A stretch of 60,709 bases of DNA, filler included, from 4 parts of 4 records of this genome joined end to end with filler, not necessarily neighbours in it, one strand, 5' to 3'. Shown: positions 10,141 through 20,278, numbered from the whole stretch's first letter. Notes: a model not told the origin generated them from the sequence alone. A program made the numbers and translations.

Positions 10141-10459
10141 GATGTTCCAGATGGGCGGCATCGGCCCGATCTTCGGTCAGGTGCACCATTTCAAGCGTGC
10201 CGCGAAAGAGAAAGTGCCCTATGGCATCGAGCGTTATGGCAAGGAATGCCTGCGTCTCTATGGCGTGCTGAACAGCCGCCTCGAAGGCCGCGATTATCTC
10301 GCCAATGACGAGGTCTCCATCGCCGATTTCGCGACCCTGCCCTGGGTCTTCCGGCATGAGTGGCAGGAAGTGGACCTGGCCCAGTTTCCGAACGTGAAGC
10401 GCTGGTTCGACGCCATGATGGCGCGTCCGGCTCTGAGCAAGGGCATGGAACTGCCCTGA
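10141..10459 (+). CDS. Glutathione S-transferase (YfcG/YghU-like), 5'-truncated
   Basis: FQMGGIGPIFGQ, YGIERY, RLYGVL, SIADFATLPW, FPNVKRW and RPA..KG. Confidence 0.9.
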
Positions 10460-10597
10460 TCCGGCATCGGGTTTAAGGTTAAAAGCGGGGTCGTGGCGGT
10501 TTCGCCCGGCCCCGCTTGCGCTTATAGTGCCGTCGCTCGCGCATTCCCCGGGAGGGAGGCGGACGACTTCAAAAGATCAAACCAGGAGGAGAAGGCC

Positions 10598-11233
10598 ATG
10601 ACCATCCGGCTTGGCGATATAGCGCCTGATTTCACGCAGGATTCCACGGACGGCAAGATCAACTTCTATGATTATGCGGGCGATAACTGGGTCATCCTGT
10701 TCTCGCATCCGAAAGATTTCACCCCGGTCTGCACCACCGAGCTCGGCTACATGGCCGGTCTGAAGCCGGAATTCGACAAGCGCGGAGTCAAGGTGCTCGG
10801 CCTTTCCGTCGACGGTCTCGGCGACCACGAAAAATGGGCCGACGACATCAAGCAGACCCAGGGCAACAACCTGAACTTCCCGCTGGTGGCGGACCACGAC
10901 AAGACGGTGGCCGGTCTCTACGATATGATCCACCCGAACGCGAACGACACGCTGACGGTGCGCTCTGTCTTTGTCATCGACGGCAACAAGAAAGTCCGTC
11001 TGATCCTGACCTATCCGGCCAGCACCGGACGGAATTTCGACGAGATCCTGCGCGTGGTCGATTCCCTGCAGCTGACCGACAAGCACAAGGTGGCCACGCC
11101 GGTGAACTGGACCAGCGGCGACAAGTGCATCATCGTCCCGGCTCTGTCGAACGACGATGCGAAGAAGCTGTTTCCGGGCGGCTGGGACGAGCAGCGCCCC
11201 TATCTCCGGGTGGTCGATCAGCCGGGCGCGTAA
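10598..11233 (+). CDS. 1-Cys peroxiredoxin (Prx6 family)
   Basis: FSHPKDFTPVCTTE, TVRSVFVID, YPASTGRNFDE, VATPVNW; AGGAG RBS. Confidence 0.96.
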   Translation: MTIRLGDIAPDFTQDSTDGKINFYDYAGDNWVILFSHPKDFTPVCTTELGYMAGLKPEFDKRGVKVLGLSVDGLGDHEKWADDIKQTQGNNLNFPLVADHDKTVAGLYDMIHPNANDTLTVRSVFVIDGNKKVRLILTYPASTGRNFDEILRVVDSLQLTDKHKVATPVNWTSGDKCIIVPALSNDDAKKLFPGGWDEQRPYLRVVDQPGA

Positions 11234-11250
11234 GGGCTGACCATTTTGGG

Positions 11251-11278
11251 AAAAGGGCCGGTTCGACCGGCCCTTTTT
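11251..11278 (+). terminator. Rho-independent terminator, possibly bidirectional
   Basis: AAAAGGGCCGGT-TCG-ACCGGCCCTTTTT just after the peroxiredoxin stop. Confidence 0.85.
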
Positions 11279-11304
11279 GATTTCTGCACATCATTTTCTC
11301 TGAT

Positions 11305-11386
11305 CGTCATCCCTGCGAAAGCAGGGACCCAGGGATGACGAATACAACTCTATGATCCCTGGGTTCCCGCCTTCGCGGGAATGACG
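11305..11386. repeat. Inverted dimer of CGTC-type REP palindromes
   Basis: CGTCATCCCTGCGAAAGCAGGGACCCAG ... CTGGGTTCCCGCCTTCGCGGGAATGACG. Confidence 0.8.
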
Positions 11387-11510
11387 GTGAGGGGGCGTGC
11401 CGCAAGAACGCTTTAGCGCCATCAAAACGGAATAACACCTTAATAATGTAGCAAAAATCCGGCACTCTTCCGGCAAGTCGACAAGATCGATCGTAGCAGG
11501 AGGGCGGGAC

Positions 11511-12452
11511 ATGAGCGGAAACGATACGGGCACAGAAACGGCAACGGATTTCTCCGTCGGCTTCATCGGCCTCGGCGGCATGGGCCGCGGGGTTGTGAAG
11601 AACATGCTGGTTGGAGGCGCCACGGTCGCGGTCCATGATCTCGACTCGGAAGCGGTGGCGCTGGCCGTCTCGCAGGGTGCCCGCGCCGAGTCGGATCTGG
11701 CGGCAATGGCGGCCGGGGCAGATGTGCTCGGCATCTGCATCACCACGGCGGAGGCGGTCCAGAAACTCGCGCTCGGGCCGGACGGTCTGCTCTCCCATAT
11801 GCGCGAGGGGGCGGTCTTCCTCGATCACACCACGGTCTCGCCCGATCATGTGGACAGGATGCGTGAGGCCTGCGCCGCGCTCAACATCGCCTATTGCGAG
11901 GCGCCGATGACACGGACGCCGGTGCACGCGGACCGGGGCGAGGTTAATATCCTGTTCGGCGGCTCCGGGGATCTGCTGGAGCGGTTGCGCCCGCTGTTCG
12001 AGACCTATGCCGAGAACATCTTCCATGTCGGCCCCGCCGGTCATGCGGTCCGGCTGAAGCTGATCCACAATTACATCGCCTTCGCCAATGTCGCCTCCTG
12101 GTGCGAGGGCTTCGCGCTCGCCGCCCGGGAAGGGCTCGACATGGACAAGGTGATCGGCATCATCTCCGCTGCGGGCGGCAAGTCCGGCATGATGGATCTC
12201 TACGGTGAAGCCACCCTGAAGCGCGACTTCACCCCGCTGATGTCGCTTGCTAACGCGCAGAAGGATGTCCGCTATTACGCGCAGTGGCTGGAACAGGCCG
12301 GGCTGCCGGGTTTCATGGCCGAGTCCGTGCACCAGACCTACGCACTGGCCTCCATCATGGGGTTCGAGGATGAAAGCTGTACGGCGGTGATCAAGGCCTA
12401 TGAAAAGCTGACCGGTGTGGAAGCGCGTTTGCCGGAGGCTTCGGAGGTATAA
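11511..12452 (+). CDS. NAD(P)-dependent beta-hydroxyacid dehydrogenase family protein
   Basis: GFIGLGGMG, DHTT, EAPMT, catalytic LKLIHN and KDV motifs; AGGAGG RBS. Confidence 0.9.
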   Translation: MSGNDTGTETATDFSVGFIGLGGMGRGVVKNMLVGGATVAVHDLDSEAVALAVSQGARAESDLAAMAAGADVLGICITTAEAVQKLALGPDGLLSHMREGAVFLDHTTVSPDHVDRMREACAALNIAYCEAPMTRTPVHADRGEVNILFGGSGDLLERLRPLFETYAENIFHVGPAGHAVRLKLIHNYIAFANVASWCEGFALAAREGLDMDKVIGIISAAGGKSGMMDLYGEATLKRDFTPLMSLANAQKDVRYYAQWLEQAGLPGFMAESVHQTYALASIMGFEDESCTAVIKAYEKLTGVEARLPEASEV

Positions 12453-12485
12453 AGTTACCTTGTCCCAAATTGAGGTGTGTCACTG

Positions 12486-13016
12486 ATGGCGTACGCGATT
12501 TCTCTTTCTGCGAACAACAGAAGCGCGGATCGTGTGCGTCAGCTCTGGCATGATTTTGGTTTGCTGGAGGATGAGCCGACAATGTCACGGCTCAATTACC
12601 CGCCCCATATCACTTTCGCCGTATGGGATGACATAGAAGCCAATGAGGTCGGAGATATCGTCCAGTCTGTATTCCGGGAACGGGCCTGTGTGCATCTGAC
12701 TTTTGATCGTCTCTGTTATTTTGATGCTGACCCTCTCGTGGTCTGGGCCGCTCCATCTTGCTCTAATGATTTAGTTGCGCTTCATGGAGAGATTCACCGG
12801 CATTTGGAGCCTGAATCCTGTCGCGAGCATTATAGGCCCGGAAATTGGGTGCCGCATTGTACGCTTGCTATGGAAGTTGCTGCGGCCAATCGGCAGCAGG
12901 CGATCGAATGGACATCGCACCAGCTTGTGCCAATTGAAGTTGTCTTTGATGCTGCCGATCTGGTTTCATTTCCACCTGTGGATCTGAAAGTTCGCCTGAG
13001 ACTCAAGAAGTTTTAG
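12486..13016 (+). CDS. 2H phosphoesterase (2'-5' RNA ligase family)
   Basis: Two HxT motifs (PPHITF, WVPHCTL). Confidence 0.85.
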   Translation: MAYAISLSANNRSADRVRQLWHDFGLLEDEPTMSRLNYPPHITFAVWDDIEANEVGDIVQSVFRERACVHLTFDRLCYFDADPLVVWAAPSCSNDLVALHGEIHRHLEPESCREHYRPGNWVPHCTLAMEVAAANRQQAIEWTSHQLVPIEVVFDAADLVSFPPVDLKVRLRLKKF

Positions 13017-13044
13017 ATCGATATCCCGTCTGGCCATCCATCTT

Positions 13045-13131
13045 CGTCATTCCGGCTGGAGAGCCGGGACCCAGATGATCGTAGAACATCGCCCTTCGTT
13101 CCCTGGGAACCACATCAAGTGCGGGATGACG
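13045..13131. repeat. Second inverted CGTC-type REP dimer
   Basis: CGTCATTCCGGCTGGAGAGCCGGGACCCAG ... CTGGGAACCACATCAAGTGCGGGATGACG, with the same termini as 11305-11386. Confidence 0.75.
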
Positions 13132-13249
13132 GTTTTGGGGTAGGGAAGAGCTCGAAAACATCACGCTCACGATAGTTTTTGCTGCGCTCGGAAGCACAAC
13201 GGACTAGGCCTTCACCGGTAGGGTTTGTGCGTCTTCCAATGAGGCGGAA

Positions 13250-14248
13250 ATGATCGGGCAGGATAAGGCTGGCAGCAACGGCGCGCAGGCGTTCTGGTCC
13301 CTCGGCGATGGCCGGGGCGAGATCCGGGAGGTCCGGCTTGCCGCGCCAAGGCCGGACGAGGTGCTGGCGGAAACCGTCTATTCCGCCGTCAGCAAGGGCA
13401 CGGAGAGCCTTGTTTTCCGGGGCGGTGTACCTGCCTCCGAATGGGAACGCATGGCGTGTCCATTTCAGGAAGGGCCGTTCCCGGGGGCGGTGAAATATGG
13501 CTATGCCGCTGTTGCGCGTGTGGTCAGTGGCTCCGCGCTGAAGCCCGGCTCCCTGATCTTCGCGCTTTACCCGCATCAGACCCGTTTCGTGCTGCCCGCC
13601 GCCGCCGCTATTCCGATCCCGGAAGGCGTGACGCCGGAGCGGGCCGTGCTGGCTGCGAATATGGAAACGGCGTTGAATGCGGTCTGGGATGCGGAAGCTG
13701 CGCGCACAGGCCAGATCGCCGTCGTCGGCGGCGGCATGGTCGGTTTGCTGACCGGATATCTTGCCCGCCGGTTCTGGGCGGCGGAAGTCTGGGTGTTCGA
13801 TCCGGTGGAAAGCCGGAAAACGGTGGCCGGGCAGCTTGGCCTCCATTATGCGGAAGCTGGCGCACACCCGGAAAAATTCAGCCTGATCTTTCATGCCAGC
13901 GCGACCGAGGCCGGTTTGCGCACGGCGCTCGACCTCGCGGCCTTCGAAGCGACCATTCTTGAGCTGAGCTGGTTCGGGGACCGCGAAGTTTCCCTGCCAT
14001 TGGGCGGCGCCTTCCATTCCCAGCGTCTGACAATCCAGGCCTCCCAGGTTGGTGCCGTGGCACCATCCCGGCGGGACCTGGCGCGGCACGCCGAGCGTCT
14101 GGCCGAGGCGCTGACCCTGCTGGACGATCCCGCGCTCGACATTCTCATCACCGACGAGAGCCCCTTCGAGGCCCTGCCGGAAGTTCTGGCGGGGCTTGTC
14201 GCCGGAGCGCCGGAAACCCTTTGCCATCGCATCCGTTATTCTGACTGA
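13250..14248 (+). CDS. MDR (zinc-binding alcohol dehydrogenase-like) oxidoreductase
   Basis: [43 protein letters not shown] and [10 protein letters not shown]. Confidence 0.88.
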   Translation: MIGQDKAGSNGAQAFWSLGDGRGEIREVRLAAPRPDEVLAETVYSAVSKGTESLVFRGGVPASEWERMACPFQEGPFPGAVKYGYAAVARVVSGSALKPGSLIFALYPHQTRFVLPAAAAIPIPEGVTPERAVLAANMETALNAVWDAEAARTGQIAVVGGGMVGLLTGYLARRFWAAEVWVFDPVESRKTVAGQLGLHYAEAGAHPEKFSLIFHASATEAGLRTALDLAAFEATILELSWFGDREVSLPLGGAFHSQRLTIQASQVGAVAPSRRDLARHAERLAEALTLLDDPALDILITDESPFEALPEVLAGLVAGAPETLCHRIRYSD

Positions 14249-14261
14249 CCGGAGTATTTCA

Positions 14262-14660
14262 ATGTACGCACTCACCGTCCGCGACCATGTGATGATCGCG
14301 CACAGCTTCAATTCCGAAACCTTCGGCCCGGCCCAGCGGCTGCACGGCGCGACATACGTGATCGACGTGGAATTCCGCCGTGCGGAGCTGGATGCGGATA
14401 ATCTGGTGGTCGATATCGGCGCCGCGTCGGAGCGGCTGAAGGCGGTGCTGGAGCCGCTCGGCTACCGCAATCTGGACGATCTGCCGGAATTCGCCGGAGA
14501 GAATACGACGACCGAGTTCCTGGCCCGGCATATCTTTGACCGGATGGCGGGCGCGATTGCGGCCGGAGAGCTTGGCGAAGGGGCGAAGGAACTCGATTCC
14601 ATGAAGGTGACGCTGCACGAATCCCACATCGCCTGGGCTTCCTATGAGGGGATGCTGTGA
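14262..14660 (+). CDS. 6-pyruvoyl/6-carboxy-tetrahydropterin synthase homolog (COG0720, PTPS-IV type)
   Basis: [35 protein letters not shown] and LHESH; no CxxxHGH motif of true QueD. Confidence 0.88.
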   Translation: MYALTVRDHVMIAHSFNSETFGPAQRLHGATYVIDVEFRRAELDADNLVVDIGAASERLKAVLEPLGYRNLDDLPEFAGENTTTEFLARHIFDRMAGAIAAGELGEGAKELDSMKVTLHESHIAWASYEGML

Positions 14661-15736
14661 GCGCCGATCCATTCAAAGGCTCGGAGCCGCCCGTCCATTT
14701 CATCGTTCCGGGTCCCCTCGATACCCTGACGGGCGGGTTCATCTATGACCGGCATATGGTCGACGGTCTCCGTGCCTCCGGCAGGTTGGGCGGCGTGCAT
14801 GAGATTGAAGGCGATTTCCCCAGGGCCCGGCCCTACGACATCGCCGCCGGTGCGGCGGTGCTGGCCGGGTTGCCGGACCGCGCGCGCTGCGTGATCGACG
14901 GTCTGGCGCTGACGGCGCTGGGCCAGGCTGTCGCCCAGCATGCGCCCCGGCTCGACGTGATCGCCATGATCCATCACCCGCTGGCGGATGAGACCGGACT
15001 CTCCGAGCGGGAGACGGAGGCCTTCTTCCAGGCGGAGAAAGCCGTGCTGAAAGAGGTCGCGCGGATCGTCGTCTCCAGCCGCCGCACGGCGGAGAGGCTG
15101 GCTGATTTCGATGTACATCCCTCAACCGTTCATGTGGTCGAGCCTGGTATTGCCGATTGGGTGTCGTCAGTCGAAAGGCGCCCGGCGGAAGGGCCGCTGC
15201 GCATTCTCTCGGTCGGCACGCTGACACGGCGCAAGGGGCATGAGAGCGCGGTGCGGGCGCTGGCCAATTGCCGCGATCTCGACTGGCAGCTCGATATTGT
15301 CGGCGCGGCCCACGATGCAGCCCATGCGGCTGAGCTGAGCAGCCTGATCGGAGAGCTAGGTCTGGCGGGGCGGGTAACGTTGCATGGCGAGGTTTCCGAT
15401 GAAGAATTGGCCCGGATGCATGGCGCGGCAGGGCTGTTTCTGTCGGCGACACACCATGAAGGGTTCGGCATGGCCCTTGCCGATGCTGTCGCCGCCGGGC
15501 TGCCGGTTCTGACGACCCATGAGGGTGCGGTTGCGGATGCTGTTCGCGAAGCGGCGCAACTGGTGCCCGCGGGAGACGTGCCCGCGTTGACGGAAGCCTT
15601 GCGCGATGTGCTTGGCAAGGGTGAGCTGCGGGTGCAGATGGCCGGACGCTCTGTCCCGGCGGCGGGCAAGCTGTCTGACTGGGGCAGGGCCAAGGCGGCA
15701 TTCCAGAGGGCAGTGGACGGGGTGATCCTGCAGTGA
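14657..15736 (+). CDS. Glycosyltransferase family 4 (GT-B)
   Basis: TGGFIYD, IDGLA, HHPLA, RKG and [20 protein letters not shown] overlap. Confidence 0.9.
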   Translation: MSADPFKGSEPPVHFIVPGPLDTLTGGFIYDRHMVDGLRASGRLGGVHEIEGDFPRARPYDIAAGAAVLAGLPDRARCVIDGLALTALGQAVAQHAPRLDVIAMIHHPLADETGLSERETEAFFQAEKAVLKEVARIVVSSRRTAERLADFDVHPSTVHVVEPGIADWVSSVERRPAEGPLRILSVGTLTRRKGHESAVRALANCRDLDWQLDIVGAAHDAAHAAELSSLIGELGLAGRVTLHGEVSDEELARMHGAAGLFLSATHHEGFGMALADAVAAGLPVLTTHEGAVADAVREAAQLVPAGDVPALTEALRDVLGKGELRVQMAGRSVPAAGKLSDWGRAKAAFQRAVDGVILQ

Positions 15737-16542
15737 GCGGATTTTCCGACGCCTGGCTCAGTGCCCGCGCGGCCTGGGATGCCCCGGCCCGGAACAGGAC
15801 CGTACAGGATGCGCTGACCGACTGGGCCGGCAAACGCGCATCGACCGGAGAACGCCTCCGGATCGTCGATCTCGGGGCCGGGAACGGGAACAACCAGCGT
15901 CACCTCGCGCCGCTTCTGCCGGTGCCGGTGGACTGGATGCTGGTCGATAATGATCAGGCATTGCTAACCACTGCAGAGCGGACTGCCAGTCTGAAACCAG
16001 AGGATACGCTGGTTCGGGAGATAACGGATCTGGCGCATGCCGATCTGGCAAAATTGATCGCCGGGGCTGATCTCGTTACCGCCTCCGCGCTGTTCGATCT
16101 GGTCTCGCAGGACTGGCTCGACACTTTGCTCGATGTTCTGACAGACGAGGGGGCGGCCCTGCTTGCCGTTCTGACCTATGACGGGCGGATAGAGGCGCGT
16201 GCCGACCAGGAGGCATTGGCGGCCGTCAGGGAGCTGGTCAACCGGCATCAGCGGAAGGACAAAGGGTTCGGCCCGGCACTGGGCCCTGACGCGTCTGGCG
16301 CACTGTCCGCCGGTCTTGCCGCGCGAGCGTATGATGTGCAGGACGGGGAGAGCGACTGGATCGTCGGAATGGGCGATCCGGGCGCGTCCGAGCTTGTCGG
16401 CGGCTGGGTGGAGGCTGCGTCCGAGATGGCGCCGGAGCGGAGCGGTAATTTCGAGGCCTGGGCCGAAGCCCTATACGCGGCGCCGGAAGCCACGATCCGC
16501 GTTGGCCATCGGGATCACTTTGCCGTGCCCCGGATCAGTTGA
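15733..16542 (+). CDS. Class I SAM-dependent methyltransferase
   Basis: WLSARAAWDAPARN, IVDLGAGNG, LVDND, TASALFDLVS, LTYDG, NRHQ and ALGPDA. Confidence 0.85.
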   Translation: MSGFSDAWLSARAAWDAPARNRTVQDALTDWAGKRASTGERLRIVDLGAGNGNNQRHLAPLLPVPVDWMLVDNDQALLTTAERTASLKPEDTLVREITDLAHADLAKLIAGADLVTASALFDLVSQDWLDTLLDVLTDEGAALLAVLTYDGRIEARADQEALAAVRELVNRHQRKDKGFGPALGPDASGALSAGLAARAYDVQDGESDWIVGMGDPGASELVGGWVEAASEMAPERSGNFEAWAEALYAAPEATIRVGHRDHFAVPRIS

Positions 16543-17287
16543 GCCGGCAATCGAACAGGGTGTCCTGTCCGAGTTTGTAGGTGCGGGCCTCGAAACGCCG
16601 TGCGTCGGCGAGTGTTTCGATCTCCGGCAGCTCAAGCCCCGGGCGGCCGGAGCCGATCAGCATGGGGGCAACGGCGATATGCAGCCGGTCGATCAGCCCC
16701 GCGCTCAGGAAGCGTGAAATCGTATTCCCGCCGCCTTCGATAAGGATGGTGCGCAGGTCCCTGTTGCGGAGCTGTTCCAGAAGCCTGCCCGGCGAGACCT
16801 GTTCGGCATCGTCTGCCGGAGCAATGGCGAAGCAGTGTGGCGGCAGGCCGGAAATATCGCGGCTGGTTACCAGCAAGGTTTCGGCGTCGGGTTCCGACAG
16901 CAGGGCATGCTCTGCCGGGACACGCCTTTTCGGATCGATCACCACACGGACCGGGTTCGGCCCGGAGACGCGCCGTGTCGTCAGCCGGGGATTGTCCAGC
17001 ACAGCCGTGTTGGCTCCGACGACCACGGCATCGGCGATGGCCCGGAGCCGATGCAGATGGTCGAGGCTTTCTGCACCGTTGATATAGTGGGAATGCCCGC
17101 TGGCCGTGGCGATCCGTCCATCAAGACTTTGCCCGATCTGGGCGATGACGATCGGCCGTTCCATGCAATCCCGGGCAAGATCGCGGTAGAGCTGCCAGGG
17201 GATGTCGGCTGTGTCCCGGGACGGTGCGGCCTCTTTCTCGCAGTCTTTCCCGAGTGTGGCCAGAATATCGGGCCATTCATCATTCAT
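16535..17287 (-). CDS. RibD C-terminal reductase domain protein (no deaminase domain)
   Basis: GQSLDGRIAT, HRLRA..DAVVVGANT...DNPRLTTR, LIEGG and APMLIGSG. Confidence 0.9.
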   Translation of the reverse strand: MNDEWPDILATLGKDCEKEAAPSRDTADIPWQLYRDLARDCMERPIVIAQIGQSLDGRIATASGHSHYINGAESLDHLHRLRAIADAVVVGANTAVLDNPRLTTRRVSGPNPVRVVIDPKRRVPAEHALLSEPDAETLLVTSRDISGLPPHCFAIAPADDAEQVSPGRLLEQLRNRDLRTILIEGGGNTISRFLSAGLIDRLHIAVAPMLIGSGRPGLELPEIETLADARRFEARTYKLGQDTLFDCRLN

Positions 17288-18089
17288 GGCCGTGCCCGAC
17301 TATTTCACCGTCTTTGACCGGCCAGCCGACAACATCGGAGATCAGCTCCGCAAACTGGTCTGCATAGGCGGCGAGCAGGGTTGCGCCCTGTTCCGCCGTT
17401 GCCAGACTGGCATTGCCGGTCGCTCCTTCCGGGTTCAGATCCTCCGCATTCCAGGCATAGCCCCCGGCCCCGGAAAGCCCCAGGCGCTTTGCCGTAAGGG
17501 CACGGTCTGCCGCCTTGTTCGGAAAGTTCGCGATCTTGTCCTTGCGTACCAGGTCCGGGTGAAGCGTCAGCATCAGGGCGGTTTCGATCTGGCCGCCATG
17601 CAGGCCGAAGGACCGTTCGTCCTCGGCAACCAGGTCCGGCGGCAGGTCGAAGCGGAAGCTGTTCGCCCGCACGGCCAGCATGCCTGCCTCGCTGCGCAGC
17701 CGCTGCACCGCCAGATCGACGATCTGGGGCTGGCCGCCATGGCTGTTCAGGATGATCATTTTGCGCAGCCCGGCCGCAGCGACGGACAGGCCGATCTCGG
17801 TCCAGGAAGCGAGCAGGGTTTCGGCTTCATGCGAGAGCGTACCGGCGAAATTCATATGTTCGGGGCTGAGGCCAACGGACTGGGAGGGGAGCCGGATCAG
17901 GTCGATATCCGGCGCAACCCGTTCGGCCGCGGCCGCGAGAATGCCTTCGCTGATCAGGATGTCGGTCGCCAGTGGCAGGTGCGGGCCGTGCTGCTCGACG
18001 GCACCAACGGGAAGCACCGCAATGGCGCGCGCCGGATCGAGCGCTGCGACATCAACTGTAGTCAGATGACCCCACGTCCTGATTGGCAT
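17280..18089 (-). CDS. Creatininase/FAPy-deformylase family amidohydrolase
   Basis: LPVGAVEQHGPHLPLATD, SPEH..FAGT, NSHGG and HGGQIETA. Confidence 0.92.
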   Translation of the reverse strand: MPIRTWGHLTTVDVAALDPARAIAVLPVGAVEQHGPHLPLATDILISEGILAAAAERVAPDIDLIRLPSQSVGLSPEHMNFAGTLSHEAETLLASWTEIGLSVAAAGLRKMIILNSHGGQPQIVDLAVQRLRSEAGMLAVRANSFRFDLPPDLVAEDERSFGLHGGQIETALMLTLHPDLVRKDKIANFPNKAADRALTAKRLGLSGAGGYAWNAEDLNPEGATGNASLATAEQGATLLAAYADQFAELISDVVGWPVKDGEIVGHGHE

Positions 18090-18131
18090 CCTTTTGAATT
18101 TCCGTTGCTTTTGCTGCTGTGGTCGGTCGAA

Positions 18132-18159
18132 GACATACTGCCGGCATCGAGGCTGTCAA
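18132..18159 (-). promoter_or_regulatory. Candidate sigma70 promoter for the creatininase-ribD pair
   Basis: TTGACA-N16-TATGTC on the minus strand about 45 nt upstream of the start, followed upstream by an AT-rich tract. Confidence 0.3.
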
Positions 18160-18500
18160 GTCGATGCACGGCGGCGTGATAAAATGGTGGTCATAAATAT
18201 GACGCTGAATAGTCATATTTTTAAAGCAAAACATTCAAATAAAATTTCGATCTCGTGAGTTTTTGTTGATTGGCGGTAGTAAATTATAAATAATTATCAG
18301 TTATATTGTTTATGTCCGTGGATGGATGTTTGATTCATGGCGTTTTATTGGCATGTCTTGGCACGGCAGGCGTTGGAACAATGTTAAGCTCACCTTTCCT
18401 TGCGGGAGCATATCTCGGCGTGCGGCGCCGCTGACGGACTCGAAGTCCGGCAGCGCACTGTCATTTTCCGGGATTCCCTGGCGTCGTCGCAGACTGGGCG

Positions 18501-19154
18501 TTAGCCGCAGGCTGGCGGCTCTAGCGTCTGGTCATCCGCGTCATGGATCCGGATAAGGATCCGGCGCGGCAGACTACTTTGCTGCCGGCTGCGCAACCGT
18601 TCGGCACGGCTGCGGCCGAGAGGCTTTATCTCCAGTGGGTCGCCCCGGTCGGCATCTTGTGTCCGGATGCCGAGGCCGAGGTCGTCAAACCCGATCAGAT
18701 GCAGTGACCAGTTTTCCTTCCGCCAGGTGACCCGGGCCGCCGCAGGTGTGGCTACGGGCGGCAGACAGATCTCGTCAGGCTCCCCCAGATCATTGGTCAG
18801 GTATCGCTGGATATTTCCGGCGCTTTTTCTTGTCGCGGCCGCGTGCCGCCGTTCGAGCAGGATCTGTCGCAGCGTGTCCGCAGAGTCGAACTGCAGGTAA
18901 ACGCGGAAGCTGGACCCGAAGGCCTCCATTTCCGGAATGACCAGCCGTCCTTTCAGATGGCCGAAATTGACGCCGGGTGTCAGGCGCTTTGCCTGTGGCA
19001 GGGCATTTGAGGCCGCGCGCGCACTCATGCCGAATTCAAGATGGGAGAATGGCGGCGGCGGGGTTGCATCCTGCTGCGTTGTGGCGACGGCAGGGCCCGT
19101 CGATGCCATCAGCAGATAGATCAGTATCAGTATAGCGGCGGGAGCCGTTCGCAT
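18501..19154 (-). CDS. Exported hypothetical protein
   Basis: 217-aa ORF with a signal-peptide-like N-terminus (PAVA), starting 2 nt after the hydroxylase stop. Confidence 0.65.
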   Translation of the reverse strand: MRTAPAAILILIYLLMASTGPAVATTQQDATPPPPFSHLEFGMSARAASNALPQAKRLTPGVNFGHLKGRLVIPEMEAFGSSFRVYLQFDSADTLRQILLERRHAAATRKSAGNIQRYLTNDLGEPDEICLPPVATPAAARVTWRKENWSLHLIGFDDLGLGIRTQDADRGDPLEIKPLGRSRAERLRSRQQSSLPRRILIRIHDADDQTLEPPACG

Positions 19155-19156
19155 TC

Positions 19157-20278
19157 TTATCTGAGGCCGGCGCGCATCAGGCCGCGTTTCAATCCGCTGA
19201 ACCGGCCTATCGCGGCAAGCCCGGCCTGGCGGATCAGTTTCTGCGGCCCGGACGGGCGGGTGGCGACGCCAGCCAGGGCGCCTATGGCGGACAGCCGCCC
19301 GGCGACGTCGGGCTGACGGCGGGGGGCATAGGAGCCGAGCACCTGCTGGCTGCCGATATCCTCGCCTTTGGTGGCGGCTTCTGTCAGCAGCGACCGCAAG
19401 GTCATGATGTCCCGCACGGACATGTTCCAGCCCTGGGCGGCAATGGGAGGGGCGATATGCGCGCTCTCGCCGATGACGACGACCCGGTCCCGCGCGGGTT
19501 GCGGCGTGAAGCCGAGTGCCAGGGGGAAGACGGCTTTCGGACCGGTGAAGGCTATACGTCCGAAAGTGTCCTGACGGCGTGTCAGCTTGCGTTCGATGGT
19601 TTCGTCCGGATGCGCGGAGAGGGCGGCGATCTCATCCGGGGAAGCAATGGTGATCAGGGAGGCGTCATGCTCTGCGACGGGGATCAGGGTCAGCGTGCCG
19701 GTATCGTCATAACGCTCGATACAGAGCCGTTCGTGCGGGTGTTCAAGCCGGACCGGCACGCACAGCGCGCTCCGGCCGAGCGGTTTTTTGCGCATTCTGA
19801 TACCAGCGGCTTCCCGGGCCAGGGATTGCAGGCCGTCGGCGGCGATAACCAGACGGGCTTCTATCGTCTTGCCGTCATCCGTTGCGATCCGGACGCTGTC
19901 CGCTGAGGGCTGAACGCCGGTTACCGTGGCTTTGTGCTGCGGGACATCGGGCATGACATCCATCAGATCCCGAATGAACAGGTTCTGGGCCAGGAAACCC
20001 TCGCCAGCATCTTCCGCAGTGAACAGTTCCGAGACAATTCCGAACGGGCCGGTTGTCTCAATCCGAAGATCCAGAAGCGGGGTTGCCCTCGTGCGGACAT
20101 CGATGCCGAGCATATCCAGTGATTCAACGCTCGATGGCATCAGGGCTGTGGTGCGCGGGTCGGCGGACCGGTTGGCATCGGGTCCGATCATCACCACACC
20201 CTCCCCGCAATCGCGGAATGCGTGGGTGGCGAGGCGGGCGGTCGGACCATTTCCTATGACGGCGATATCGACGAGCAT
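19157..20278 (-). CDS. FAD-dependent hydroxylase, UbiH/UbiL/COQ6 family
   Basis: IAVIGNGP, DPRTTAL, LVIAADG..S.AR...GI and IGESAHIAPPIAAQGWNMSVRD. Confidence 0.85.
   Translation of the reverse strand: MLVDIAVIGNGPTARLATHAFRDCGEGVVMIGPDANRSADPRTTALMPSSVESLDMLGIDVRTRATPLLDLRIETTGPFGIVSELFTAEDAGEGFLAQNLFIRDLMDVMPDVPQHKATVTGVQPSADSVRIATDDGKTIEARLVIAADGLQSLAREAAGIRMRKKPLGRSALCVPVRLEHPHERLCIERYDDTGTLTLIPVAEHDASLITIASPDEIAALSAHPDETIERKLTRRQDTFGRIAFTGPKAVFPLALGFTPQPARDRVVVIGESAHIAPPIAAQGWNMSVRDIMTLRSLLTEAATKGEDIGSQQVLGSYAPRRQPDVAGRLSAIGALAGVATRPSGPQKLIRQAGLAAIGRFSGLKRGLMRAGLR

Noticed and set aside
11305-13131. CRISPR array or IS ends
   Set aside because: Only two inverted dimers, with no regular spacers, cas genes or transposase
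14262-14660. queD or a 7-deazaguanine DNA-modification system
   Set aside because: No catalytic CxxxHGH motif and no queC/queE/folE/dpdA nearby
19157-20278. FAD monooxygenase as the missing urate hydroxylase HpxO
   Set aside because: Motifs (DPRTTAL, PPIAAQG.N...RD) fit the UbiH/UbiL family, and it is separated from the purine operon
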